Part shown: positions 48,997-57,960 of the stretch, piece after piece
Layout: each line of letters starts with the position of its first letter
Numbering within the stretch: the first letter of the stretch is position 1
Assembly: GCA_001769505.1 (NCBI GenBank)
Contig: MEOF01000052.1
Coordinates: forward strand, 13,557 to 77,556
DNA from: Bacteroidetes bacterium GWF2_33_38
GTDB taxonomy: Bacteria; Bacteroidota; Bacteroidia; Bacteroidales; GWF2-33-38
Reading direction: 5' to 3'
Length of the DNA stretch: 64,000 nt
Made by a program: the position numbers and the translations under genes
The notes under the pieces: generated by a model
What the model was told of the DNA's origin: nothing
What the model saw: only the letters and a program-made list of their open reading frames with translations
Databases searched by the model: none

Positions 48997-51783
48997 ATGA
49001 TGCGTTTTTTTACATTATTTTCATCAATATTTTTATTCTCGTTTCTTTTGACATTCGCACAAAATTCGGGACAAGAAATATTTTTGAAAAATAAAATAAT
49101 ACTAAAAATTAAACCTTCATTTAAAGATGTTTGCAACAATAAAAGTATTACGAACTCCGAATTAAATCATTTTTTTTCAGAAATTGGAGTAATCAGACTC
49201 GAAAAAAAATTTCCGAACATCGAAAGTCCAAAAAGCACGTTTAATAAATATGGCGAAAAAAATGTTGATATTTCTACTATTTACGAAATTCAGTTTAAAA
49301 ACAATATCTCATTATACAAAATAATTAGTTTTTTAAATTCGCTTGATATAGTTGAGTATGCCCAGCCAATTTACATTGATAAGGTTTTATCTTATGTCCC
49401 AAATGACCCGCAAAACGTAAATCAATATTATTTAAACAATATTCGTGCTTATGATGCGTGGGGGCTTTCTGGAGGTAAAGGAGACAGTTCAATTGTAATT
49501 GGAATTGTAGATACTGGGGTTGATATTGTTCACGAAGATTTAGTTGGAAATATATTTTATAATGCAAACGATACACTTGATGGAATCGACAACGATAATG
49601 ACGGATATATAGACAATTACAGAGGATGGGACATTGCAAACAATGACAACAACCCAATGACTGAACAAAACACAGCTATTGGAATTGATACTCGGCAACA
49701 CGGAACATATGTCGCAGGTTGTGCAGCCGCTCGAACGGATAATGGCAAAGGCATTTCAGGTCCTGGATTCTACACAAAATTTTTACCGATAAAGGTGTTG
49801 AACAGCGATGGTTATATTACAACCGGATATGAGGGTTTGCTTTACGCAGCCGAACATGGTTGTAAAATTATTAACTGTTCGTGGGGTGGATCTTTTGGTC
49901 ATCCATATGGGCAAGACATTATCAACTATGCAACATATAACAAAAATGCATTGGTAATTGCAGCAGCAGGAAATGGAAACGATGAACATGTTTTATATCC
50001 AGCAGCATACGAAAATGTAATTGCTGTAGCCGGAACGAATTCTGCAGATAATAAATGGAATAATTCAACTTATGGAGTCGAAGTTGATGTTTCAACTCCT
50101 GGACAAAATATTTTATTTACCAAAGACGATAATGGTTATAAATACGGCTGGGGAACCTCATTTGCTTCGCCAATTACTGCTGGTGCAGCTGCCATAATTT
50201 CATCTATTTTCCCCCAATATTCGGCATTGCAAATTGCCGAACGATTAAGGATTACTTGTGATAATATTGATACTGTTTCGGGAAATGAAGTATATATTGG
50301 AAAGTTAGGAAAAGGTCGAATTAACCTTTTTACAGCGATTTCAACTAACGAATCGTTTTTTTCGATTCGATTTTCAGAAATTAACTATCAAAGCGTATCG
50401 GGAACTCTCACTGCAGGAGATACTGTATATATGTCTGGAATATTTAAAAATTATTTGGATTCTGCCCAAAATGTTTTGGTTACGTTAACCACCGAAAATG
50501 AAAACATTCAGATTTTACAATCGACTTTTTCAATTGGTTCATTAGGAAATCTTGATACTATTTCGAACATTGAAGAACCCTTTGTATTTGTAATAAATTC
50601 TGAAACTGATTTTGAATCGATTGCAGTATTTAAGCTTATGTTCGAATCCGATAATCAAAACGACTATCAATATTTAAAAGTAAACATAAGCCCATCGTAC
50701 TTAGATATATATCCCAACAAAATTAGCACTACCGTTTGTTCCAACGGACGCATTGGGTACAATTCTTATATCCCTCTCACGGGAGTTGGACTTCAATATA
50801 AAAATGAAGTAGCTTTGTTTGAGGGAGGATTAATGGTTGGCAATAGCAATTCAAAAGTTGCTTGCTCTGTGCGTGATTCAAACGACTATGTTCCTATTAT
50901 TATAGCCGATACTATTTACGAAGAAAACATTGATAATGGATATGCAACAACATTTGAATCGCTTTCAAGCGATCACTCTGACCATTTCGATTTCAAACAA
51001 AAAATTTATACTTGGAACGACTCAATAAGAGATAATTTTATTATTTCGGAATACTTAATCACAAATAATAATTTGGAGAATATTGAAAATTTATATGTCT
51101 CTTTTTTTACCGATTGGGATGTTGTGGTTTCGTACACAAACAAAACAAATTACAACGACGATTTGAACTTAGGCTACACATACAATACGGGGAACGATAG
51201 TCTTTATGCGGGCATTAAGATACTTACTCACACATCTGTGAATCATTATGGAATTGATAATGTTGATGGAGGAAATGGAGGAATTGATATTTCAGACGGA
51301 TTTTCAATCGAAGAGCAATTTTTTTCGATGACTAATAATAGGCACAATGCAGGAAGTAATTCATCTACAGGAACCGATGTTGTTGAAATTATAAGCATTG
51401 GTCCAATTTCATTAAATGCAGGAGACTCTGTAACAATTGGGTTTGCTTTTATTGTAGCCGAAAACTTGTATAAATTAGTAAATTCAGCCAACGAAGCTCA
51501 GTATGCTTATGATTATTTGCATACAAATATCCATAATATAACTCACAATCAGAAAACTACTGCAATTCCAAATCCAACAAACGCCTCCTTGACAATTACT
51601 TCTGACGAAATTATAGAAACTTATGAAATTTTTGATTTAAGCGGAACTCTTGTAAAAAAAGGTTTAAATATTAGGTTAAATGCCAAAATAATAGATGTTT
51701 CTAATTTAAAATCGGGCATGTATTTTATTAAAATTTATACGAAAAATAAAATTGAAACGATTAAGTTTTCAAAAATTGAGTAG
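48997..51783 (+). CDS. S8 subtilisin-family serine peptidase with T9SS C-terminal sorting domain
   Basis: D/H/S triad contexts GIVDTGVD, HGTYVAG and GTSFASP. C-terminal CTD reads IPNPTNASLTI..IFDLSGTLV..SGMYFIKIY. Confidence 0.88.
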   Translation: MMRFFTLFSSIFLFSFLLTFAQNSGQEIFLKNKIILKIKPSFKDVCNNKSITNSELNHFFSEIGVIRLEKKFPNIESPKSTFNKYGEKNVDISTIYEIQFKNNISLYKIISFLNSLDIVEYAQPIYIDKVLSYVPNDPQNVNQYYLNNIRAYDAWGLSGGKGDSSIVIGIVDTGVDIVHEDLVGNIFYNANDTLDGIDNDNDGYIDNYRGWDIANNDNNPMTEQNTAIGIDTRQHGTYVAGCAAARTDNGKGISGPGFYTKFLPIKVLNSDGYITTGYEGLLYAAEHGCKIINCSWGGSFGHPYGQDIINYATYNKNALVIAAAGNGNDEHVLYPAAYENVIAVAGTNSADNKWNNSTYGVEVDVSTPGQNILFTKDDNGYKYGWGTSFASPITAGAAAIISSIFPQYSALQIAERLRITCDNIDTVSGNEVYIGKLGKGRINLFTAISTNESFFSIRFSEINYQSVSGTLTAGDTVYMSGIFKNYLDSAQNVLVTLTTENENIQILQSTFSIGSLGNLDTISNIEEPFVFVINSETDFESIAVFKLMFESDNQNDYQYLKVNISPSYLDIYPNKISTTVCSNGRIGYNSYIPLTGVGLQYKNEVALFEGGLMVGNSNSKVACSVRDSNDYVPIIIADTIYEENIDNGYATTFESLSSDHSDHFDFKQKIYTWNDSIRDNFIISEYLITNNNLENIENLYVSFFTDWDVVVSYTNKTNYNDDLNLGYTYNTGNDSLYAGIKILTHTSVNHYGIDNVDGGNGGIDISDGFSIEEQFFSMTNNRHNAGSNSSTGTDVVEIISIGPISLNAGDSVTIGFAFIVAENLYKLVNSANEAQYAYDYLHTNIHNITHNQKTTAIPNPTNASLTITSDEIIETYEIFDLSGTLVKKGLNIRLNAKIIDVSNLKSGMYFIKIYTKNKIETIKFSKIE

Positions 51784-51787
51784 AGTT

Positions 51788-52513
51788 TTATATTTGGTTC
51801 TTCTTGAAAAATTCTTTTTCTATCATTTCTGATTTTTTCAAACTACGCCTTACCCAAGCCAATTTAATGTTTATGTTTTCATCTTCAGAAAGTTGCCAAT
51901 TTATATTCGATTGTCGTAACTTACCTGATAATTGATGTAAAATAATACCAGCCGAAACCGAAATATTAAAACTTTCAGTAAATCCGAACATATTAATTTT
52001 TAAAAATTCATCGGCATTATTTATCATTACCTCTGACAAGCCTTCGAGTTCAGTTCCAAAAAACAATGCAACTTTTCCTTTTGCCAAGTCAAACTCTTCG
52101 AGACTTACCGCTTTATGATTAGGAACTGTTGCAACAATTCTATAACCTTCATTTTTTAGTTTAGTAATTACGTCAAGTGTATTATTTTCTGAACTGTTAT
52201 ACTTGAATAAGTCAATCCAATTTGCAGCACCCAATGCTACATCGGGATTAATTTTATATTGATTTTTATTTTCGACAACGTGAACAGTCTGAATGCCAAA
52301 ACAATCGGAGGTTCTAAGCACGGCACTTGCGTTTTGCGATTGATAAATATCTTCTAATACTACCGTTAAGTAATTAGTGCGATCTAAAATTTTGGTTTCG
52401 ATTAATTCTTTTCGATTTTCGGTAATAAAAGACGATAAATAATTATATAACTTCTGTTTCATTTCTTGATTACTTATACAAAACAAAAATGATTCAATAA
52501 AAAAAGGGAGCAC
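51788..52513 (-). CDS. TrmH/SpoU-family RNA 2'-O-methyltransferase; likely true start at MKQKLY (about nt 52462)
   Basis: SpoU motifs (..VVLEDIYQSQNASAVLRTSDCFG.., ..ALFFGTELEGLS.., ..SFNISVSAGIIL..). Confidence 0.8.
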   Translation of the reverse strand: MLPFFIESFLFCISNQEMKQKLYNYLSSFITENRKELIETKILDRTNYLTVVLEDIYQSQNASAVLRTSDCFGIQTVHVVENKNQYKINPDVALGAANWIDLFKYNSSENNTLDVITKLKNEGYRIVATVPNHKAVSLEEFDLAKGKVALFFGTELEGLSEVMINNADEFLKINMFGFTESFNISVSAGIILHQLSGKLRQSNINWQLSEDENINIKLAWVRRSLKKSEMIEKEFFKKNQI

Positions 52514-52543
52514 AAAGTACTCCCTTTTTAAAGTTTACAATGA

Positions 52544-52816
52544 CTACTTAACTGCTCCAGTTAATTCGCTTCCAGCTTTAAATTTTACAACTTTTTTTGC
52601 AGGAATTTTAATTTCTTTACCTGTTTGAGGATTACGTCCAACTCTTGAATTTCTTTTTGCAACAGAGAAAGAACCAAATCCAACTAATGCTACTCTGTCT
52701 CCTTTTTTAAGAGCAACTGTTGTAGATTTTACAAAAGAATCTAATGCTTTTTTTGCTTGAACTTTTGTTAAGCTGGCATCTTTTGCCATTGCGTCGATTA
52801 ATTGTGCTTTGTTCAT
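52544..52816 (-). CDS. HU family DNA-binding protein
   Basis: 90 aa: MNKAQLIDAMA.. ..GFGSFSVAKRNSRVGRNPQTGKEIKIPAKKVVKFKAG. Confidence 0.93.
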   Translation of the reverse strand: MNKAQLIDAMAKDASLTKVQAKKALDSFVKSTTVALKKGDRVALVGFGSFSVAKRNSRVGRNPQTGKEIKIPAKKVVKFKAGSELTGAVK

Positions 52817-53094
52817 AAAAAATAATTTTAGGGGTTAATTTATATTTTACTTATACAAATATAGATTATTTCAGCGTTTCAGCAAATTCATGATTTCTTT
52901 TTTTGTTGTTTTGTTAATAAACACGAACTAATGTTAATAAATATCGTAATCAACTATCACAAAACCAAATAATTACATTGATTTTACTTTTTATTTAAAC
53001 TAAATACAAATTATTTAATAGTGCTAACAATCAGATAATTGTGATTTTTTTAGATTTTTTTTAATGATTTTTTAGATTTTAGAAAAAAAAATGA

Positions 53095-53102
53095 TACTTT
53101 TG
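53095..53102 (+). promoter_or_regulatory. Bacteroidota-type -7 promoter box (TAnnTTTG) for tRNA-Ser
   Basis: TACTTTTG ends 6 nt upstream of the mature tRNA 5' end, preceded by an A/T-rich tract. Confidence 0.55.
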
Positions 53103-53107
53103 CAGCT

Positions 53108-53192
53108 GGAAAGATGGCAGAGTGGTCGAATGCGGCGGTCTTGAAAACCGTTGATCTTCACGGGTCCGGGGGTTCGAATCCCTCTCTTTCCG
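53108..53192 (+). tRNA. tRNA-Ser (anticodon UGA), class II with long variable arm; CCA not encoded
   Basis: Acceptor GGAAAGA/TCTTTCC plus discriminator G. Anticodon stem-loop GCGGT-CTTGAAA-ACCGT. Variable arm TGATCTTCACGGGTC. T-arm GGGGG-TTCGAAT-CCCTC. Confidence 0.9.
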
Positions 53193-54771
53193 CTGAAAGG
53201 GACTTCCCCAATAAAAAAGGGGAAGTCCCTTTTTTATTGGGGCTGCTTTCCCCGATGGTGTGGGCGATTGAGGCAAACACAGAATTTAGTTTTAATGTTC
53301 GAACTGCCCCAATTTTTCTATCATACACGATTCCTTCAGGAAACACCAATCTTTGTAATCTCTCTTTCAATACAACATTGCCGGAAGCCCACATTTCTTG
53401 CAGGTTGTCGCAAATATAAATTGCACGATTCAGTATGTTTTTATTGTTCGAAATGGGATTTTGACAATTGTTCAATTCTTTTATAATTTCAATTTGCTCG
53501 GCTTTATACTTTGAATAGAATCTCTCAAAAGTTTCTTTGCTCATTTCTCCCATAACGTAGAATTTTTCTTCAATCAAATCTAATTTCTTTGTAACTTCTG
53601 TTAGATTCGTTTTTATGGCTTTTTCTTTCTCCGTGTTGCTTTTAGTTAATTCATTGAAGGTGTTTTCCAATTGGAATAAAACAGCCTTTTTAAGGCTTTC
53701 TTTTAGCCGAAAATTAGCAAGCATTGAAATGAAAAGCTGATGCATATCCTTTGCGTTTTTATTACATTGACAACCTATTGTTCTACATTTATAATAATAG
53801 ATGTTTCTTGCTTTCATAAGGTAACCTGTAAATGGTTGTCCACATTCGGAACATTTCAGAAAAACCTTTAATGGAATATTATCATTTTCTGCTTTATGAG
53901 GAACTCCATACAGAGGAGATTCCGATATAATATTGTTAACTTTCAAAAAAGTTTCCTTGCTTACCATTGCTTCATGTGTTCCATCTACAACCTGTCCGTT
54001 TAGCAAGCCATGAGAAACTACTCCACAATAAAACGGATTGCAGAATATTTTGTGGAGCTTCTGTTTGTAAATGTTGGCTCCCATTGCACGTAGCTTCAGA
54101 ATAATATCGTCATTCTTCAATCCATTAAGTTTCCATTCAAAGGCATTTTTTAGCTTTTTACCCTCTTCGTTCAACACAATTTTTCTTGTGCCATTTATTT
54201 TAATTACATCGTATCCTTGTGGAGGTTGGGTTACCCATATTCCTTTTTTTAGTTTCTCAACCATTCCTGCTACAGCTTTTTGTTTGCGAAGCTGATTATC
54301 GTATTCCGAAAAAAGAAATTGAATATTCTGATGAAGTACTCCGCTTGGATTGCTTGTATCGGTTGGTTGAGTTACAGCAAAAACCGAAATTCCCTGCTTC
54401 TCCCTTAAATCAGTAACTATTTTAATGGCTGCTCCTCCGGTACGACTAAACCTGTCTAATGTATAAACCAATACTTGACTTATTTTTCCGTTTGATTTTT
54501 TTATAAACTCAAGCATTCGGTTAAATTCTTTTCTTCCATCGGTTTTAGCACTTTCATAAGTCCCCCCGAAATAAGCTACAATATTAAGATTATGCTTTTT
54601 TGAATATTCTTCAATCGCTTTTTTCTGGGTTTCAAGACTTAGGTTTTTGTCTGCCTGTTCTTTACTTGACACACGAGTATAAACGACTACATTGCCTGTA
54701 GTTACTCGTTTAACAATGGTAGGACTCTTTTTGCCGAACCTTTTGGCAAATGTTGCATCTGTTGTCATCAT
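53158..54771 (-). CDS. large serine recombinase (resolvase/invertase N-domain + recombinase domain + zinc ribbon)
   Basis: Catalytic Ser context VVVYTRVSSKEQ, ..YTLDRFSRTG.., and zinc ribbon CSECGQPF..YYKCRTIGCQC followed by a coiled-coil. The last ~30 codons read through the tRNA terminator and 35 nt of the tRNA gene. Confidence 0.9.
   Translation of the reverse strand: MMTTDATFAKRFGKKSPTIVKRVTTGNVVVYTRVSSKEQADKNLSLETQKKAIEEYSKKHNLNIVAYFGGTYESAKTDGRKEFNRMLEFIKKSNGKISQVLVYTLDRFSRTGGAAIKIVTDLREKQGISVFAVTQPTDTSNPSGVLHQNIQFLFSEYDNQLRKQKAVAGMVEKLKKGIWVTQPPQGYDVIKINGTRKIVLNEEGKKLKNAFEWKLNGLKNDDIILKLRAMGANIYKQKLHKIFCNPFYCGVVSHGLLNGQVVDGTHEAMVSKETFLKVNNIISESPLYGVPHKAENDNIPLKVFLKCSECGQPFTGYLMKARNIYYYKCRTIGCQCNKNAKDMHQLFISMLANFRLKESLKKAVLFQLENTFNELTKSNTEKEKAIKTNLTEVTKKLDLIEEKFYVMGEMSKETFERFYSKYKAEQIEIIKELNNCQNPISNNKNILNRAIYICDNLQEMWASGNVVLKERLQRLVFPEGIVYDRKIGAVRTLKLNSVFASIAHTIGESSPNKKGTSPFLLGKSLSAEREGFEPPDP
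53199..53235 (+). terminator. rho-independent terminator of tRNA-Ser
   Basis: gggacttcccc-aataaaaaa-ggggaagtccc (11-bp perfect stem) followed by TTTTTT. Confidence 0.8.
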
Positions 54772-55064
54772 GCTGCTATTTTTAAGTTGTTATTATATAT
54801 TATTGAATCATCGTCATTTTCCGGTTGAGTCAAGAAATCATAAATGATTGCACAAAAATTCTGAATAGAAAGAACAATTTCTTCTGCTTCAGAATCGGCA
54901 ATATCCTCTAAGCCTTCGAAAGTTTTTAATTTTTCGACAGTAAGGGATTCTTTTTCCGGATTGACACTTTTTCCACAAAAACTGTTTTCTGATTTTTCTA
55001 TGTTAGCTGTTAAGTTCATACTTCTGATTAGGTTAACAGTAATGCAATAATCGCTCCGTTCCAA
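54768..55064 (-). CDS. hypothetical acidic protein translationally coupled to the serine recombinase
   Basis: 98 aa. Its TGA stop overlaps the recombinase ATG (ATGA). No family recognised. Confidence 0.4.
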   Translation of the reverse strand: MERSDYCITVNLIRSMNLTANIEKSENSFCGKSVNPEKESLTVEKLKTFEGLEDIADSEAEEIVLSIQNFCAIIYDFLTQPENDDDSIIYNNNLKIAA

Positions 55065-55367
55065 TATTTTCGGTATGTTCGGGAATTTATTTCAAAGTAC
55101 CTCCTATTTCAAAGATTTATTGCATTTAACTGTATTGATTAATAATTAAATTTATTTAATGGCAGATTTTAACCGGAAAAATTTGAAATTTTCATAAAAA
55201 GAAACCATTGGGGACGATGGCTTTTTCATAAAAGGGACTGAATCCAAATTAGTCCAGTAAAATAAGCTCCATTTCAAATCAAAAGTAGAAAAGGCAAGAA
55301 TGATGATTTTCGGTTTATGCTCGATTATGTAGGGTTTTACCAAACAATTCCAAATTAGGGAGCGTTG

Positions 55368-55420
55368 TGTAGTTTTATGTAGCAAAATGTAGTTTTATGT
55401 AGAATTGTGTAGTTTTAAGT
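55368..55420. repeat. three direct repeats TGTAGTTTTA(T/A)GT at 20-bp spacing
   Basis: Copies start at 55368, 55388 and 55408. Confidence 0.8.
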
Positions 55421-55467
55421 TCCATTCTTTTATCTCCGGACAAATGGGTTTTATTCGTTAATAACAA

Positions 55468-55566
55468 GGAGACAATATGGTAATATTGGTGAGCATGTGG
55501 AGACAATGTGGTGTTTATATGGTGATGATGTGGGGGCAATGTGGTGTTGATGTGGTGATGATATGG
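55468..55566. repeat. three tandem ~31-34-bp units (GGAGACAATRTGGTG...), strongly G+T skewed, containing about 7 copies of ATGTGGTG-like octamers
   Basis: Units start at about 55468, 55499 and 55533. There are only 4 C in about 100 nt. Confidence 0.75.
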
Positions 55567-55962
55567 AATTACTCGGGTTTTTCTACCTTATTTCTAAAAT
55601 AACACCAATTTATTATAGGTTAAACTTGATAAATGATAATTTTTAAAAAAGAATTACAGTATTTGACATTTCAATTGATTTTCTAATTAATCACTAATAG
55701 AAATCTAATCATTGATTTTTATTGTTCTAATGTATTTCTAATAAAAGCCTAATATTATTCTTATATATCTCTAACTTATTTCTATTACTTTATTAGCGTG
55801 TATGTTTGTAATTCGCCTTAATGTAATGGCATATTAATCTGATAATTACACCAAAATATGTTTTTCAACTTGCAATGAATTGTAACGTACTAATTACCAA
55901 TAATAAATATAATAATATTGAATATAACAGTAAATTTATTTGCTCATATTGCAAGTTCAAAT

Positions 55963-55970
55963 TATCTTTG
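55963..55970 (+). promoter_or_regulatory. -7 promoter box (TATCTTTG = TAnnTTTG) for the XRE-ImmA gene, next to an operator-like inverted-repeat half-site
   Basis: The box lies 19 nt upstream of the ATG at 55989. The 10-bp inverted repeat is aacttgcaat (55867-55876) / attgcaagtt (55948-55957). Confidence 0.45.
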
Positions 55971-55988
55971 TGAAGAATAAAAATTGTT

Positions 55989-57044
55989 ATGAAAACTACT
56001 GAAAAAATAAATCCACAAATGGTAATTCTGGCGAGGGAATCAAGAGGAATCAGTCAGAAGGAGCTTGCCGATTTACTTGATATTTCAGCAGGTAAAGTTT
56101 GCCATGTTGAGCAGGATGCACAGACATTTAGCGACGTTGATTTTAATCGCCTTTGTCAGGTATTAAAATACCCAAAAAGTTTTTTTTATCAGCAAACCGA
56201 TGCTTTCTTGCCCACAATGGTTAATTTCAGAAAAAGATTGGTGGTTTCTCAACGGTTTATCATGCCAATTGAAGCACAAACCAATATTTTCAGGTTAAAT
56301 GTTGAGGCTCTTGCAAATGAAATAATATTACCAACGTTAAATATTCCTGAAATTAAAGAAACGAGCCCAATAGAAGTAGCTGACAAATTAAGAAAGCTAT
56401 GGAATATTCCCGATGGACCAATCGATAATTTAACAGAAATAGTTGAAAGTAACGGTATATTAATAGCGACTTTTGATTTTGGAACAGAAAGGGTGGACAG
56501 CAGAACAATTTTAACTTCCGGCAGGCATCCAATAATATTATTGAATAAAAAATCTCTTGGCGACAGAAGGCGTTTCAGTCTTGCATACGAGTTAGGGCAT
56601 ATATTAATGCATCTGTTTTATCCTGTTGAAATGGAAAGAGAAATAGGACACGAAGCCAATGTGTTTGCAGCAGCTTTACTAATGCAGGAATCTGAAATAA
56701 GAAAGGATTTTAATCAAGCGGACATAAATATACCTCGTTTATCAGTATTAAAACCCAAGTGGAAAGTTTCGATGCAGGCATTATTGTACAGATCTGATGA
56801 TTTGGGATATATTACTTATAATCACAAGCGATATTTGCTTTCAATGTTTAATCAAATGAAAATTCGCCGGAGAGAGCCAATTGAGCTGGATGTTCCAATT
56901 GAAAATCCAAATCTCCTTTCAAATTTAATGGAAGGATACAGAAACGAGAAAAATTTGTCGGTTAAGCAGATGGCTGACAAACTGTATCTTTTAAAGGATG
57001 ATTATATTGATAAATATGTAGCTGAAACAGAAAAACAATCCTAA
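55989..57044 (+). CDS. XRE-family HTH fused to an ImmA/IrrE (M78, COG2856) metallopeptidase-like domain
   Basis: N-terminal HTH (LARESRGISQKELADLLDISAGKVCHVEQD). The central motif FSLAYELGHILMH...EANVFAAALLM resembles ImmA/IrrE HExxH...E.eAN.FA..lLmP. Confidence 0.8.
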   Translation: MKTTEKINPQMVILARESRGISQKELADLLDISAGKVCHVEQDAQTFSDVDFNRLCQVLKYPKSFFYQQTDAFLPTMVNFRKRLVVSQRFIMPIEAQTNIFRLNVEALANEIILPTLNIPEIKETSPIEVADKLRKLWNIPDGPIDNLTEIVESNGILIATFDFGTERVDSRTILTSGRHPIILLNKKSLGDRRRFSLAYELGHILMHLFYPVEMEREIGHEANVFAAALLMQESEIRKDFNQADINIPRLSVLKPKWKVSMQALLYRSDDLGYITYNHKRYLLSMFNQMKIRRREPIELDVPIENPNLLSNLMEGYRNEKNLSVKQMADKLYLLKDDYIDKYVAETEKQS

Positions 57045-57054
57045 ACCCCATTAT

Positions 57055-57258
57055 ATGACCACAGAAATAAATAATACCATCCACCTTAAAGCATATTCAA
57101 TTGGCGAATTAGCCAAGATGTATGACATTAACTGGCGAACATTAAAAAAATGGATTGAACCTTTTGAATCTGAAGTTGGAAAGAGAAGGGGCAGGTTTTA
57201 CACAATTATTCAGGTTAAAGTTATTTTTGAAAAGTTGGGGATGCCTTCAATTGATTGA
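57055..57258 (+). CDS. small DUF4248-like helix-turn-helix protein
   Basis: 67 aa: YSIGELAKMY..TLKKWIEPF......FYTIIQVKVIFEKLGMP. This matches the recalled DUF4248 pattern (..ELA..Y....L..WI....tp.qV..If..LG.P). Confidence 0.5.
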   Translation: MTTEINNTIHLKAYSIGELAKMYDINWRTLKKWIEPFESEVGKRRGRFYTIIQVKVIFEKLGMPSID

Positions 57259-57279
57259 AATAATATTTTATAAACAATT

Positions 57280-57960
57280 ATGGATACGTCTGATAAAAAA
57301 CTTGGTGCTGAATATGCTTTAGAAAATGCAAAAAAACAATTCGAAGCAGCAGAATTAATTGCAGAAAAGAAGAATTATGGGCTTGCCTGTTCATTAATGG
57401 TACTATCCGCTGAAGAAGCACTTAAAGCTTTTGCTTTATTCGGAGATGATTTTTTGCCTGATTATAGCGGTATTGATTTTACAGAATTATTTAGCAGCCA
57501 TAATTATAAATTGAACCTTATAAGAAGTGCTATTGGTTTGAGAACCATAGTACAGACATTAAATAAAAATATCAATGAACCTGTGATAGAGAACATCGAA
57601 AAGCCGATAGATGAAATCATTGAAATTCGTAGCAAGGGTATTGATAATTTTGTCAATTGGGTTGAGAACGAGATTTCTTCAAAAAAAACAGAATTATCTT
57701 CACAACTTGGATGGTGGAAACAAGCAGAGGCTTTAAAAGAAGATGGTTTTTATATTAAGTACAATAACCAAGGATGGCATTCTCCCCTGAAAATCAAAAG
57801 AGCACGTTATGATAAAACCAAGAAGTATGTTAAAGATTTTATTGATATGATTGTTTTGATTACAACAGTTGATTTTGAGATAGAACCTGTTGCATCCATT
57901 TTTAATGATATAAAACAGAGATTTAACAATTTAAAGAAAAAATATGATAATAAAGGCTGA
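57280..57960 (+). CDS. AbiV-like (HEPN_AbiV) abortive-infection family protein
   Basis: N-terminal pattern ALENAKKQFEAAELIAEKKNYGLACSLMVLSAEEALKAFAL resembles the AbiV family signature (..Na..l..dA..L...g.y..A..la.la.EE.gKa). Confidence 0.55.
   Translation: MDTSDKKLGAEYALENAKKQFEAAELIAEKKNYGLACSLMVLSAEEALKAFALFGDDFLPDYSGIDFTELFSSHNYKLNLIRSAIGLRTIVQTLNKNINEPVIENIEKPIDEIIEIRSKGIDNFVNWVENEISSKKTELSSQLGWWKQAEALKEDGFYIKYNNQGWHSPLKIKRARYDKTKKYVKDFIDMIVLITTVDFEIEPVASIFNDIKQRFNNLKKKYDNKG

Noticed and set aside
53079-53486. Three short ORFs (53079-53276 -, 53114-53419 +, 53151-53486 +) around the tRNA
   Set aside because: They overlap tRNA-Ser, its terminator hairpin and the antisense of the recombinase gene, and are better explained by those features.
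55152-55385. 77-aa minus-strand ORF in the island's long intergenic region
   Set aside because: No recognisable motif or coupling, and it overlaps the TGTAGTTTTA repeat block. Treated as probably spurious, although a small island gene cannot be excluded.
55478-55612. Short (~44-aa) plus-strand ORF through the G+T-rich tandem repeats (MVILVSMWRQCGVYMVMMWGQCGV..)
   Set aside because: Its periodic peptide simply mirrors the DNA repeat. It is more plausibly non-coding protein-binding repeats.
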